Part shown: in pieces, positions 1 through 9,298 of the stretch | How the letters are laid out: every line of letters begins with the position of its first letter | Numbering within the stretch: position 1 is the first letter of the stretch | Source of the DNA: an uncultured Ferrithrix sp. | GTDB lineage: Bacteria > Actinomycetota > Acidimicrobiia > Acidimicrobiales > Ilumatobacteraceae | NCBI GenBank assembly: GCA_964407365.1 | Contig: CAYOVI010000002.1 | Span: forward strand, 1-44,123 | Direction: 5' to 3' | Length of the DNA stretch: 44,123 nucleotides | Notes under the pieces: model-generated | What the model was told of the DNA's origin: nothing | The model's input: only the letters and a program-made list of their open reading frames with translations | The model's database searches: none | Translations under genes and position numbers: made by a program

Positions 1-19
1 ATTTTTCTTTTGGAGTTTC

Positions 20-910
20 ATGACTCACTCTCTTTTGTTTTTTTATATTCTACCAGTTGCACATTTTGTCAAACTCCATTTTACGAAAACGGCTTTAGTT
101 CTTCGCGATCGCATCTTGATGTTGAAGATAGTTGCTCTTCTTGCGCTTCCGTTTGCTTACTATGCGTTGAGAGCAAAATTTTGGTACCCGACGCCAGAGT
201 GGGAGGGATACCATCGCTTCACAATTGATGGAGCATTAAAATCCTTGCCTCTGCTCGCATTTGGCATCCTCATAATTGGGACTCTTTGGGTTTTCATGAG
301 GCGAAAAGTCTCGAAAATTCAAGGTTTGCAGACAGTGCTTGCTGGGTGGCTTCTATTTGTTTGGGGGTTATTCCCCTATTTTGCAAATGGATGTTTTCCG
401 GATTACGCAAGTATTTTTGCAATTCGAAGTGACTGGGGCGGGAGACATATCATGTTGACACCTCTTGGGGCAGCAATCATCGTTGTTGGGGCACTTGAGA
501 TCACCCCAATCAGCCTGAAAAGACACCTTAGAACAATTCTCCTGGCTGCATTTGTCGCTTTCAACATTTTTTGCGGATCCCAAATCTACATGGACTCATT
601 GAAGAAGGAAAAATTGACTGAATTAATTGCCAAAGCCGGCGAAGCCGGGGAAATCAAACCAAATAGCAGAATAATTTTTGTAGATGAGACAAAAATATTT
701 AACAGTCGATTTTCGACATACCGAGATCCTGAACTTACAGCCCGATTGGCAATTTCTGACGTAAAGGCACAGTCAATAACAGGAAAAGTAGATTGTTCGT
801 CTGGCGAGGGAGATCTCGAAATTAAATTAAAGTCCAACAAAACTTATTTAAGTGCGATTCTCACCAGAGATTTGGGCCTAACTCTCGAGATCTCCGCGTG
901 CTCACCGTAA
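20..910 (+). CDS. Hypothetical polytopic membrane protein, possibly 5'-truncated by the window edge
   Basis: 296-aa ORF with several hydrophobic segments followed by a roughly 110-aa soluble tail. The reading frame stays open back to base 2, so the gene may begin upstream. Local G+C is lower than the rest of the window. It sits directly upstream of a glycosyltransferase. No family recognised. Confidence 0.5.
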   Translation: MTHSLLFFYILPVAHFVKLHFTKTALVLRDRILMLKIVALLALPFAYYALRAKFWYPTPEWEGYHRFTIDGALKSLPLLAFGILIIGTLWVFMRRKVSKIQGLQTVLAGWLLFVWGLFPYFANGCFPDYASIFAIRSDWGGRHIMLTPLGAAIIVVGALEITPISLKRHLRTILLAAFVAFNIFCGSQIYMDSLKKEKLTELIAKAGEAGEIKPNSRIIFVDETKIFNSRFSTYRDPELTARLAISDVKAQSITGKVDCSSGEGDLEIKLKSNKTYLSAILTRDLGLTLEISACSP

Positions 911-922
911 ACGATTAAGCGT

Positions 923-2419
923 ATGTTCAACGTTGCAGTCTTAGTTGTCGCATTTAACGCTGAATCAAAACTTGATGATGTATTGAAGCGAATTCCGAAA
1001 CAATTTTCAGGTATCTCTCTCAAGATACTTGTATGCGATGATGCGAGCTCAGACAATACCTATGAGGTCGGCAAAAGTTTCGCCCGCGATCATCAAAGGG
1101 GCGACATCGAGATTATCCGCCACGAGTTCAACCTTGGTTATGGCGGAAACCAAAAATTTGGATATGAATGGGCAATTCGAAACAATTTTGACGCCGTAGT
1201 TCTGCTTCATGGTGACGGCCAATATGCCCCAGAAATGATCGAAGAATTCATCAGGCCAATTCAGAACGGAACAGCTGATGTTGTTCTTGGTTCACGAATG
1301 ATGACTCGTGGCGCTGCCCGCAATGGTGGAATGCCCTTATACAAATTTGTAGGTAACAAAATTTTGACGAAATGGCAAAACTTCGTTATTGGAACTCACT
1401 TCTCAGAGTGGCACTGCGGATATCGCTCTTATTCGGTTAGAAGCTTGAATTCGATCAATTTTTACGAAAATGCAGATGGCTTCAACTTTGATACTCAGAT
1501 AATTCTTCAACTCAATTCTGCAGGCAGAAAGATTCTTGAAATCCCAATACCCACCTACTACGGAGATGAGATCAGCCACGTACAAGGCATCAAATATGCC
1601 TGGCAAGTATCGACGGCGGTCATCAAGCACCGTCTAAATGCAATGGGATTTTTTGCTTCAAGAGTTGCAACCCCTGAATATCGCTTCAAGCACGATCAAC
1701 ATTCATCGCACGGAAAAATACAAAAACTGATATCAGATACTGAACCTGGATGCCTACTTGACGTTGGCTGTGCGAATTGTGAGTTGTCTGAGTTTGCAGC
1801 AGCTGCAGGCCACAAAGTGACGGCGATAGATGTTCATCTCCCAAATCGAGAAGTTTCTGATGTGAAAATTATTCAGCACGATTTAGAGACGGGCCTGCCA
1901 ACCCAATTGATTGAAAAATTTGATTTGATAATCTGTGCAGACGTGCTCGAACACCTTCGTGCGCCCGATAAGTTGCTCCACGAATCACTGAACCTACTGA
2001 CTACAAGTGGCAGGTTAATTACTAGCATTCCAAATTTTGGTCACTGGTATCCGCGCTTCAGGATTTTGCTAGGAAAATTTGACTATGACGCTCGGGGAAT
2101 TCTTGATCAGACTCACCTCCGATTCTTCACAAAAAAGAGTTTTATACGAATAGCTAATGAATCCGGATACGACGTTTCGAATGTTTGGCTAACTGGCACG
2201 CCATTTGAAGTCTTATACCGCGAAGCACCGACAAGGAAATTTAGTTGGTCAGGATTTTTGAAGTTCCTCTCTCTAATAGATCGCGCTCTCTGCAGAGTTC
2301 GGGGACAAATCTTTGCCTACCAGTTCATCTTTGAATTGACGCCAAAAACTTCGCGCAAAAGAAAAATTACGGAAAAGTACAAAAGTTTCACGACTTCTTC
2401 AGGCAGTTCCCTAGGCTGA
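923..2419 (+). CDS. Family 2 glycosyltransferase fused to a class I SAM-dependent methyltransferase
   Basis: The N-terminal half has GT2 motifs VCDDASSDNT and LLHGDGQY (DxD-like). The C-terminal half has the SAM-binding motif LLDVGCANCEL and ADVLEHL, typical of Methyltransf_11/12-type enzymes. Confidence 0.8.
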   Translation: MFNVAVLVVAFNAESKLDDVLKRIPKQFSGISLKILVCDDASSDNTYEVGKSFARDHQRGDIEIIRHEFNLGYGGNQKFGYEWAIRNNFDAVVLLHGDGQYAPEMIEEFIRPIQNGTADVVLGSRMMTRGAARNGGMPLYKFVGNKILTKWQNFVIGTHFSEWHCGYRSYSVRSLNSINFYENADGFNFDTQIILQLNSAGRKILEIPIPTYYGDEISHVQGIKYAWQVSTAVIKHRLNAMGFFASRVATPEYRFKHDQHSSHGKIQKLISDTEPGCLLDVGCANCELSEFAAAAGHKVTAIDVHLPNREVSDVKIIQHDLETGLPTQLIEKFDLIICADVLEHLRAPDKLLHESLNLLTTSGRLITSIPNFGHWYPRFRILLGKFDYDARGILDQTHLRFFTKKSFIRIANESGYDVSNVWLTGTPFEVLYREAPTRKFSWSGFLKFLSLIDRALCRVRGQIFAYQFIFELTPKTSRKRKITEKYKSFTTSSGSSLG

Positions 2420-2427
2420 AGCGAGAT

Positions 2428-3114
2428 ATGAAACCGATTCAAATCGCGCCGTCGGTGTTGCCGGTTGATTTTTCGCGACTTGGTGAGGCGATCTGCGAAC
2501 TCGACCAAGCCGGTGTCGACCTAATTCAGTGGGACGTAATGGATGGCCAATTTGTGCCCAACTTGACTTTTGGCCCCGACATCATTGCATCGACGCGGTC
2601 ACTGACGAAACTCAAGTTTGAGGCGCACTTGATGGTGCTGACCCCAGAAGTGATGGCTGGTCGATATATCGAAGCGGGTTGCAGTCGATTAATAGTGCAC
2701 GTTGAAGCTTGCAAAGATTTGCGCGCGACACTCGAGACGATTAACTCGCTCGGGGCAAATGCTGCCGTTGCACTCAACCCTGAAACGCCGGCCAATGCGG
2801 TTGCAAATGTTCTCGATCTAGTCGACATGGTTTTGGTGATGACGGTTCGCCCAGGTTTTGGTGGACAAAAATATATGCAAGAAATGGAGCCAAAGATTGC
2901 CGAGGTGCGAAAGATGATCTCGTCGGCCAATCTTGATGACAAAGTCAACCTCGAGGTCGACGGGGGCATCAGCGCACAAACCGTTTCAGGTGCTGCGAAA
3001 TCCGGGGCCAATGTCTTGATTGCTGGCAGCGCACTGTTTCGAGACCCAAAAGGTTTGACCAATGCCGTGTCAGAAATTCGCTCGGCCGCAACTGCGGCGT
3101 TCGCCACTAATTAG
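2428..3114 (+). CDS. rpe: Ribulose-phosphate 3-epimerase
   Basis: Full-length 228 aa with IAPSVL, WDVMDGQFVPNLTFG and LVMTVRPGFGGQK motifs characteristic of Rpe. Confidence 0.93.
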   Translation: MKPIQIAPSVLPVDFSRLGEAICELDQAGVDLIQWDVMDGQFVPNLTFGPDIIASTRSLTKLKFEAHLMVLTPEVMAGRYIEAGCSRLIVHVEACKDLRATLETINSLGANAAVALNPETPANAVANVLDLVDMVLVMTVRPGFGGQKYMQEMEPKIAEVRKMISSANLDDKVNLEVDGGISAQTVSGAAKSGANVLIAGSALFRDPKGLTNAVSEIRSAATAAFATN

Positions 3115-3129
3115 TCGTTCGACGAAAAC

Positions 3130-3819
3130 TCAGCGCGCTGAGCGACGGGCGGCTTGAACCAGGCGCTTGAAAATTACCAGCCCGATCAAAAACGCGAGCA
3201 CGAAAAATGTCGGCAATACCAAAACTTGCAAAATTTTGAGAGGCTCTTTGGCTAGCAGAGAAAACACCCCGGAGTTTATGAATTCACCGTTTGGCTTGAG
3301 AGTGATCAGCGAGTCTTCAATTTTTGGGCACGGCACGTCTGATTCATCAACCCCGACAACTGCATCGCCCCCAAACAATTCTTTAGTTGCTCGCACTTTT
3401 GACTCAAGTGTCGTGAACAGTTCACTGGCACCTGCACCCACCAAATATGTTTGACCAGGTTGCAAAAATCGCGTTTCACGGTCTGAATATCGCACTGCAA
3501 CCAAACCCGAGTTGACATAGGCCCCAAGCGACCCACCCCTGACTTGAACAACACGATATGTAGCCAACAAGTCGTCGGTCGAAACTAACTCGCCAAGAAA
3601 GATGACCGTGGCTGTGCGCGGGGCGACGCACCCGCTTGGCAAAGTAGTTTGCGTTGCCGGGTCTACCAGTGGCAAAGAATCGTCGACAAAGCCGCCACCG
3701 CCACCCTGCTCATCTGGTATCGAGTCGTCAACAGGCGGTGTGGTTGTCAATGAAACTTCAGCACCGACGCCAGTCACCCCAGCGCCAAAAGATGCCGTCA
3801 GCATTACGGCGAGTGACAC
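3130..3819 (-). CDS. Hypothetical protein with a hydrophobic N-terminus and a C-terminal transmembrane anchor
   Basis: 229-aa ORF with a GTG start 2 nt after the stop of the upstream gene. The N-terminus is hydrophobic (SLAVMLTASFGAGV), followed by an acidic, Gly-rich stretch (DEQGGGGGFVDD) and a C-terminal TM segment plus basic tail (LVLPTFFVLAFLIGLVIFKRLVQAARRSAR). No family recognised. Confidence 0.5.
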   Translation of the reverse strand: MSLAVMLTASFGAGVTGVGAEVSLTTTPPVDDSIPDEQGGGGGFVDDSLPLVDPATQTTLPSGCVAPRTATVIFLGELVSTDDLLATYRVVQVRGGSLGAYVNSGLVAVRYSDRETRFLQPGQTYLVGAGASELFTTLESKVRATKELFGGDAVVGVDESDVPCPKIEDSLITLKPNGEFINSGVFSLLAKEPLKILQVLVLPTFFVLAFLIGLVIFKRLVQAARRSAR

Positions 3820-3821
3820 GA

Positions 3822-4601
3822 TTATCTTCCTGTAAATTTTGGCTCCCGTTTTTCGAGGAATGCTCGCATCGCTTCTGCCGTGTCGCTAGTTGCGAAATTT
3901 ATGGTCTGGGCGGCCGCCTCGTCATCTAAAGCTTCTTCAAGAGTGACATTAAGCGAATTATTCAACAGTCGCTTGGTCTGAGCCAAGGCGATAGGTGGCC
4001 CTGCGGCGAGTTTGCGCGCCCAGTTCTCGACAAATGCGTCAAGTTCACCGTCGGGCAGCACTCGATTTATGAGACCCATCTCGAGGGCATCTTTGGCGCC
4101 GATAATTTCGGCCAACAATGCAAGTTCTTTGGCGCGATGCATGCCAACACGACGTGGCAAGAACCAAGACCCACCAAAATCGAGCGACAACCCGCGGCGC
4201 GCAAAAATTTCTGAGAACCTCGCCGTCTCAGACGTCACGACCAAGTCACAACCCAACGCCAAATTGCAACCTGCACCAACGGCTACACCGCGAACTTTGG
4301 CGATCGTGGGTTGAGGCAATCGCTGCAGTGCGATACACGCATCGTTTACACGACGCATTGCCGCCAAGTGGTGCGACTGGTGTTGACCTCGTTCACCTCG
4401 ACCGCTCAAGTCTGCACCTGAACAAAAATCTTGGCCCGCACCAGTGACTATCACGACGCGGTCATCTGCACGAGAGGCAATCTCACGAAAAATCGTGGTC
4501 AAGCCGTCCCACATCGCCGCATTCACTGCATTTTTCTTTGCAGGCTGGTTAACCGTGACGGTCACGATTGAATTTTCACGAAAAACCTGCAGATCATCCA
4601 C
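3822..4601 (-). CDS. Enoyl-CoA hydratase/isomerase (crotonase) family protein
   Basis: 259 aa with the crotonase oxyanion-hole region VIVTGAGQDFCSGADL and overall crotonase-fold pattern. Confidence 0.88.
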   Translation of the reverse strand: MDDLQVFRENSIVTVTVNQPAKKNAVNAAMWDGLTTIFREIASRADDRVVIVTGAGQDFCSGADLSGRGERGQHQSHHLAAMRRVNDACIALQRLPQPTIAKVRGVAVGAGCNLALGCDLVVTSETARFSEIFARRGLSLDFGGSWFLPRRVGMHRAKELALLAEIIGAKDALEMGLINRVLPDGELDAFVENWARKLAAGPPIALAQTKRLLNNSLNVTLEEALDDEAAAQTINFATSDTAEAMRAFLEKREPKFTGR

Positions 4602-4622
4602 TTCTTAGACGATACTTGCCAT

Positions 4623-4733
4623 ATGGGATTCGATCCGACCCGCAAACGCGCCACCCGCCCAATCGACTATCTGATCGTCGCTAGTGCGATGATCGCAATA
4701 GTCGCACTAGTAATTTGGGCACTTGTCGGTTGA
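4623..4733 (+). CDS. Putative 36-aa single-pass membrane protein (below the ORF-track size cutoff)
   Basis: My own translation gives ATG..TGA = MGFDPTRKRATRPIDYLIVASAMIAIVALVIWALVG. It has a basic N-terminal region followed by one clean TM helix. Its stop lies 4 nt before the ATG of the next small ORF. No obvious Shine-Dalgarno sequence. Confidence 0.4.
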   Translation: MGFDPTRKRATRPIDYLIVASAMIAIVALVIWALVG

Positions 4734-4737
4734 CCAA

Positions 4738-4944
4738 ATGTCAAAATCGATTTGGGACGGTTTATACGGCGACGTCGAAGTGCGTCGCGTGCAGCCATAT
4801 GAAGCACTCAAAAGTTACGTCTGCCCGGGTTGCAACCAAGAAATAGCCAAAGCCGTGGGTCACTTTGTTTGCGTTCCGACACAAGCCCCCGATCTGAGAC
4901 GCCACTGGCACTACGCCTGCTGGGATCGCCGATCAAAAAATTAG
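4738..4944 (+). CDS. Small Cys/His-rich (putative zinc-binding) hypothetical protein
   Basis: 68 aa counted from the ATG at 4738; the ORF track begins at an in-frame TTG at 4723. Contains CPGC, then HFVC, then HWHYAC. Its stop codon overlaps the stop of the convergent YraN gene. Confidence 0.5.
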   Translation: MSKSIWDGLYGDVEVRRVQPYEALKSYVCPGCNQEIAKAVGHFVCVPTQAPDLRRHWHYACWDRRSKN

Positions 4945-5288
4945 AACGCGTTGCGCAATATCTCGATTTTTGTCCCGAGAACCGATGCAACATCAAATCT
5001 GACGCCAACTGACGAAATTTTTTGAATTTGCATAAATTGCTTGGTCGCTAAACGTAATTTTTTTTGCTTCGAAATTGTTATCGACTCGAGTGGCGTACCA
5101 AAATAATTGTTCGCCCGCGAACGCACCTCAACGACAACAAGCGTTTTGGCCATATCGGATTGTAAAACCGCCACGATGTCAAGTTCGCCTTGACGACAAT
5201 GCCAGTTTCGCGCGATTATTTCACAACCCTCACGCCTGTAAAGGTTTGCAACTAGATCTTCTGCCCACCTGGCCCGCGCCATGCGCAT
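4941..5288 (-). CDS. YraN family (UPF0102) endonuclease-like protein
   Basis: Contains GELDIVAV and VVVEVRSR motifs of the YraN/UPF0102 family. The ORF-track start at 5426 would overlap the DUF2469 gene by about 100 nt. The ATG at 5288 (MRMARARW...) gives the family-typical length of about 115 aa. Confidence 0.8.
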   Translation of the reverse strand: MRMARARWAEDLVANLYRREGCEIIARNWHCRQGELDIVAVLQSDMAKTLVVVEVRSRANNYFGTPLESITISKQKKLRLATKQFMQIQKISSVGVRFDVASVLGTKIEILRNAF

Positions 5289-5323
5289 AGTCGCGCGCTC
5301 GCGAGTTGTGGGAGAATCGCTCT

Positions 5324-5617
5324 TTACGCGTCTTGAGGTGGCAATTCTTCGATGTTCAGGTCTTTGAAACTCATCACCCGAACTCTCGGCACGAACCGGC
5401 TCTTGCGGTAGAGATCCCACACCCATGCGTCGCTCAGCGTCACCTCAAGCAGCGGTCGCACGCCCTCGGCCACGACCTTGACATCGACATTATTGGCCAA
5501 ATAAAAACGGCGATCTGTCTCGACTGCAAACTTAAACAGTTTTACGACATCGGAATATTCTTGGGCTAATTGCAATTCACGTTCTGCCTCGAACTGCTCG
5601 AGATCATCGGTGTTCAA
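5324..5617 (-). CDS. DUF2469 family protein (actinobacterial, Rv2901c-like)
   Basis: 97 aa with RRFYLANNVDV, DAWVWDLYR and FKDLNIEE, matching the DUF2469 pattern as I recall it. Its position near rplS and YraN is the conserved one. Confidence 0.85.
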   Translation of the reverse strand: MNTDDLEQFEAERELQLAQEYSDVVKLFKFAVETDRRFYLANNVDVKVVAEGVRPLLEVTLSDAWVWDLYRKSRFVPRVRVMSFKDLNIEELPPQDA

Positions 5618-5658
5618 TGTGGGTGCCGACTAACTCGACTGGCAATTAAATGCAAAAA

Positions 5659-6009
5659 TTATTGGTCTTCGCGAAGTTCGCGAACTTTTGCCGATTTGCC
5701 GGTTCGCTCTCGCAAATAATTGAGCTTCGCACGACGCACGTCTCCACGCTTGACGACCTCAAGTTTGGCAACAGACGGACTGTGCATTGGAAAGGTGCGC
5801 TCCACCCCCACGCCGTAGCTCAATTTTCGCACCGTATAACTTTCGGCGACACCAGAACCATAAACCGAAATGACGTTGCCCTGAAAAATCTGCACGCGCT
5901 CTTTGCCGCTTTCAACAACACGAACGTGCACCTTTACCTCATCGCCAGGCCCAACCTTTGGAATGTCTGTGCGCAAGATTGATTTGTCAACGATGTCTGT
6001 GGGTTTCAT
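5659..6009 (-). CDS. rplS: 50S ribosomal protein L19
   Basis: 116 aa with [26 protein letters not shown] and [13 protein letters not shown] motifs. The ATGA overlap with the trmD stop indicates translational coupling. Confidence 0.95.
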   Translation of the reverse strand: MKPTDIVDKSILRTDIPKVGPGDEVKVHVRVVESGKERVQIFQGNVISVYGSGVAESYTVRKLSYGVGVERTFPMHSPSVAKLEVVKRGDVRRAKLNYLRERTGKSAKVRELREDQ

Positions 6010-6767
6010 AGCGGTCTTTCAGGATACGGCACACTAGGGAACTCTTCCAACAGTCTCTTTTCGACACTGCTCAAGCCCCCACGGCGTTCTATGAGGTCGG
6101 GGCGAAACTTCACGGTGCGATGCAGCGCTTGGGCCCTGCGCCAACGCTCGATTTTGGCATGGTCGCCATTGCGCAAAACCTCTGGCACCTGCCAACCACG
6201 AAACTCGGCTGGTCGCGTGTAGTGCGGTTCTTCAAGCATTCGAGAAACACCGAAACTCTCAGAAACCGGGGACTCGTCGTTTCCCATGGCTCCCGGCAAC
6301 AGGCGTGTGGTTGCCTCAATGATCAAACAAGCTGCGATCTCTCCTCCGCTAAGCACAACGTCGCCAATTGAAATCTCCCCGTCGATCAAATTTTCAACTA
6401 CGCGATGATCCACGCCTTCATAGCGACCGCACAACAAACTGAAACCAGCCGATTTGCTGAGTTGTTCGGCAAGGCCCTGGTCAAATCTGCGGCCACCTGG
6501 CGACATCAAAAACAAAGGGCGTTGTGGCTTGACTGCCTCGACTGCCGCAAAAATCGGCTCGGGCCTAAACAGCATGCCCGCCCCTCCGCCATAAAGAGTG
6601 TCGTCTACGCGACGAGATTCGTCGCCGAAATCGCGCAGGTCGTGACAACGCAAATCGACGATCGACTCTTGGCGCGCACGGCCCAACAAACTTTCGCTGC
6701 AATACCCATCGACAAGTTGCGGAAAAATCGAAAACACGTCGATTCGAAACGTCGATTTTGTGCTCAC
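6006..6767 (-). CDS. trmD: tRNA (guanine37-N1)-methyltransferase
   Basis: 253 aa with IDVFSIFP and [13 protein letters not shown] motifs. The GTG start overlaps the rimM stop (GTGA). Confidence 0.95.
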   Translation of the reverse strand: MSTKSTFRIDVFSIFPQLVDGYCSESLLGRARQESIVDLRCHDLRDFGDESRRVDDTLYGGGAGMLFRPEPIFAAVEAVKPQRPLFLMSPGGRRFDQGLAEQLSKSAGFSLLCGRYEGVDHRVVENLIDGEISIGDVVLSGGEIAACLIIEATTRLLPGAMGNDESPVSESFGVSRMLEEPHYTRPAEFRGWQVPEVLRNGDHAKIERWRRAQALHRTVKFRPDLIERRGGLSSVEKRLLEEFPSVPYPERPL

Positions 6768-7306
6768 TGGTCACCTTCGTCCAGGTCGAAGAGTCCGTCA
6801 GGCGGGTTTATCGTTATGCGCTCTTTGGTGCGCCTGACGACAAAAACTATCGGCACCAACGCGCCAGACTCGAGTTCAAGCAGGGCGTGCGCCGGGTTAT
6901 CGACAACAGATATGCATTTGCCGTACTTGAAACCTTTCAAATCTTCGACCTCGGCACCTATGAGTTCGTGCACCCACATCACGCTCGCATCTTCAATGGG
7001 CTCACCATAGACATCAGACTTGCTCAGTCGTTGGGCTGAGTTGCGATCGTCGATGCCAGAAAAATGCATTAACCAGGTTTTCTGCTGGCCGAGGTTAGAC
7101 CTGCCAGAAGCCAATTGGCCGCGTGCGCTCGTTACCGTCATCCATTCATTTTGAATGAAGAGTTTTGCACCCTCACAGGTGCGCTCTGGACGGTCGGTAA
7201 AAAACGAGACGTGAACGTCGCCTTTGACTCCGTGAGGTCGCGTTACGCGACCAACATGCAGCAAACCCTCTGGTTTCTCGGGTTCAGTCGTCGAGAAAGT
7301 CGACAT
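6764..7306 (-). CDS. rimM: 16S rRNA processing protein RimM
   Basis: Contains [19 protein letters not shown] (RimM N-terminal motif) and a PRC-barrel-like C-terminus. Start set at the ATG at 7306 rather than the ORF-track start at 7456, which would overlap most of the KH gene. Confidence 0.85.
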   Translation of the reverse strand: MSTFSTTEPEKPEGLLHVGRVTRPHGVKGDVHVSFFTDRPERTCEGAKLFIQNEWMTVTSARGQLASGRSNLGQQKTWLMHFSGIDDRNSAQRLSKSDVYGEPIEDASVMWVHELIGAEVEDLKGFKYGKCISVVDNPAHALLELESGALVPIVFVVRRTKERITINPPDGLFDLDEGDQ

Positions 7307-7559
7307 CGACTTCGGCGTTATCGCGCGACGCGGCGGCACGAACCACTGCGCGAATGCTCTGGGCTGTGCGACCACGACGTCCGATGACTCGCCCGAGGTC
7401 TCCGTCGGCGACTCGAACTTCGAGAATGATCTTGCCCTCGTCTTCGACTGTTTCAACCTTTACCGCATCTGGTGTGTCAACGATTGATTTGACGATGTGC
7501 ATCAACACCGATGAAGCAGTCGGCACTAGAGCCGTGTCGGCTGACTGTGAGTTTGACAT
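7284..7559 (-). CDS. KH domain RNA-binding protein (UPF0109/YlqC-like)
   Basis: Contains GRVIGRRGRTAQSIR, a GXXG KH loop. The ATG at 7559 overlaps the rpsP stop (TAATG). This is the canonical position between rpsP and rimM. Confidence 0.8.
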   Translation of the reverse strand: MSNSQSADTALVPTASSVLMHIVKSIVDTPDAVKVETVEDEGKIILEVRVADGDLGRVIGRRGRTAQSIRAVVRAAASRDNAEVDVDFLDD

Positions 7560-7834
7560 TATTTGGCAGGCTTCTTGGTCGCCTGAAACTCTGCCCATGT
7601 GCCGGCCACTTCGAGCAACTTGCGAACTCGCTCGGTCGGCAATGCACCTTTTTGCAACCATGAAATCACTCGTGCGCTGTCGACCTTGAGCGCCGATGGC
7701 TCTTGCTGTGGCTGATAGGTGCCAAGAATCTCGAGAAAATTCGTATCGCGCGCAGAGCGTGTGTCGGCAGCAACGATTCGATAGTGGGGTCTCTTGGTCT
7801 TACCGACGCGAGAGAGACGCAGTTTTACTGACAT
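7559..7834 (-). CDS. rpsP: 30S ribosomal protein S16
   Basis: The N-terminus MSVKLRLSRVGKTKRPHYRIV is a diagnostic S16 motif. Confidence 0.95.
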   Translation of the reverse strand: MSVKLRLSRVGKTKRPHYRIVAADTRSARDTNFLEILGTYQPQQEPSALKVDSARVISWLQKGALPTERVRKLLEVAGTWAEFQATKKPAK

Positions 7835-7883
7835 GGATATCCGATCTTTAAGCGAAATGGCTCATTTGAACCGATCATGAAGG

Positions 7884-9260
7884 CTATCGTGGCCCCAGCC
7901 GTGAGCCCAACGCCGCAGCCAAGTCGTCGGGTATGTCGGCGCTCTTGGGACCCTTGCCACGCTTGCCGCCAAGCATGCCCTTACCACCCATCTGCTTCAT
8001 CATTTTCTTCATTTCGCTGAATTGTTTCACCAGCCGATTGACATCAGCAACGGTTGTGCCCGAGCCTTTCGAGATTCGAATGCGACGCGAACCGTCGATT
8101 AATTCGGGTCTCGCCCGCTCTTGTGGGGTCATCGAATAAATAATTGCCTCGGTGCGCTTCACCTGGGCATCAGGAATATCGGCATTCTTCATTTCTTTTG
8201 GAATTCCGGGCATCATTCCCATGACCCCTTGCAATGATCCCATTTTTTTGAGTTGTTGCAACTGCTCCAAAAAATCTTCGAGCGTGAACTCGCCTTCGAG
8301 CATTTTTGCCGCAGTTGCCTCAGCCTTTTCTTTTTCGAAAACTTTTTCGGCTTGTTCGATTAGCGTGAGCATGTCGCCCATGCCCAAAATTCGACTGGCC
8401 ATTCGGTCTGGGTGAAATTGTTCGAATGCATCGAGCTTTTCACCGGTGGAAGCAAATGCAATGGGCTTACCCAAAACTTGTTTCACCGATAGTGCGGCGC
8501 CACCTCGGGCATCGCCGTCAAGTTTCGACAAAATTACTCCGTCTATCGACAAAGTTTCATCAAACGTTTTTGCAACCGTCACTGCATCTTGGCCCGTCAT
8601 TGCGTCGATCACCAAAAATGTGAACTTGGGTTGCACCGCCTGCGAAATCTCTTTGACTTGACGCATCATTTCAGCATCAATTGCCAGTCGACCAGCAGTG
8701 TCGACGATCAACACGTCTTTTCCGAGGCGTTGTGCTTCGATAAGACCAAGTCGCGCCGTGTTGACCGGGTCGCCAGGCTCTGAAAATACCCCCACACCAA
8801 TTTGCGCGCCCAAAATACGTAATTGTTCGACCGCAGCTGGTCGTTGCAAGTCGGCACCAACGAGCAACGGATTTCGACCTTGAGATTTGAACCAACTTGC
8901 GAGTTTTGCGGCATTTGTCGTCTTGCCCGAACCCTGCAAACCTGCCATCAACACAACTGTCGGTGGATGCGTGGCATATGTGATTTTGAGAGTTTGGCCA
9001 CCCAACATCGCAACGAGTTCGTCGTTGACTATTTTTATTACTTGTTGACCGGGGTTCAATGCCGTCGACGCGGTTGCGCCGACTGCATTTGCGCGAATCG
9101 ACTCGATCACATCTCGCACTACCCCGACATTGACATCGGCTTCGAGCAACGCAGTGCGTACCTCGGCCAAAACCTCGGCCACGTCGCCCTCGGTCAGTCG
9201 ACCACGATTTCGAAGACCCTTGAGCACACCGCCAAGACGATCTGAGAGCGTTTCAAACAT
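7884..9260 (-). CDS. ffh: Signal recognition particle protein Ffh
   Basis: Has an N domain, a G domain (GLQGSGKTT, DTAGRL, KLDGDARGG) and a Met-rich M domain. The first ORF-track codon at 9263 is TTG; the ATG at 9260 gives the typical MFETLSDRL N-terminus. Confidence 0.95.
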   Translation of the reverse strand: MFETLSDRLGGVLKGLRNRGRLTEGDVAEVLAEVRTALLEADVNVGVVRDVIESIRANAVGATASTALNPGQQVIKIVNDELVAMLGGQTLKITYATHPPTVVLMAGLQGSGKTTNAAKLASWFKSQGRNPLLVGADLQRPAAVEQLRILGAQIGVGVFSEPGDPVNTARLGLIEAQRLGKDVLIVDTAGRLAIDAEMMRQVKEISQAVQPKFTFLVIDAMTGQDAVTVAKTFDETLSIDGVILSKLDGDARGGAALSVKQVLGKPIAFASTGEKLDAFEQFHPDRMASRILGMGDMLTLIEQAEKVFEKEKAEATAAKMLEGEFTLEDFLEQLQQLKKMGSLQGVMGMMPGIPKEMKNADIPDAQVKRTEAIIYSMTPQERARPELIDGSRRIRISKGSGTTVADVNRLVKQFSEMKKMMKQMGGKGMLGGKRGKGPKSADIPDDLAAALGSRLGPR

Positions 9261-9298
9261 CAACGGTCAGGTTATCTGTGATTGCTTATGCGCAATTT

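Noticed and set aside
5289-5426. N-terminal extensions in the ORF-track versions of YraN, rimM (to 7456), the KH protein (to 7661), coaD (to 18022), nucS (from 42110), the PIG-L gene (to 26560) and the SDR (to 43817).
   Set aside because: The extensions overlap the upstream gene by 30-170 nt and add residues unlike the family N-termini. Internal ATG starts sit immediately after the upstream stop and restore typical lengths.
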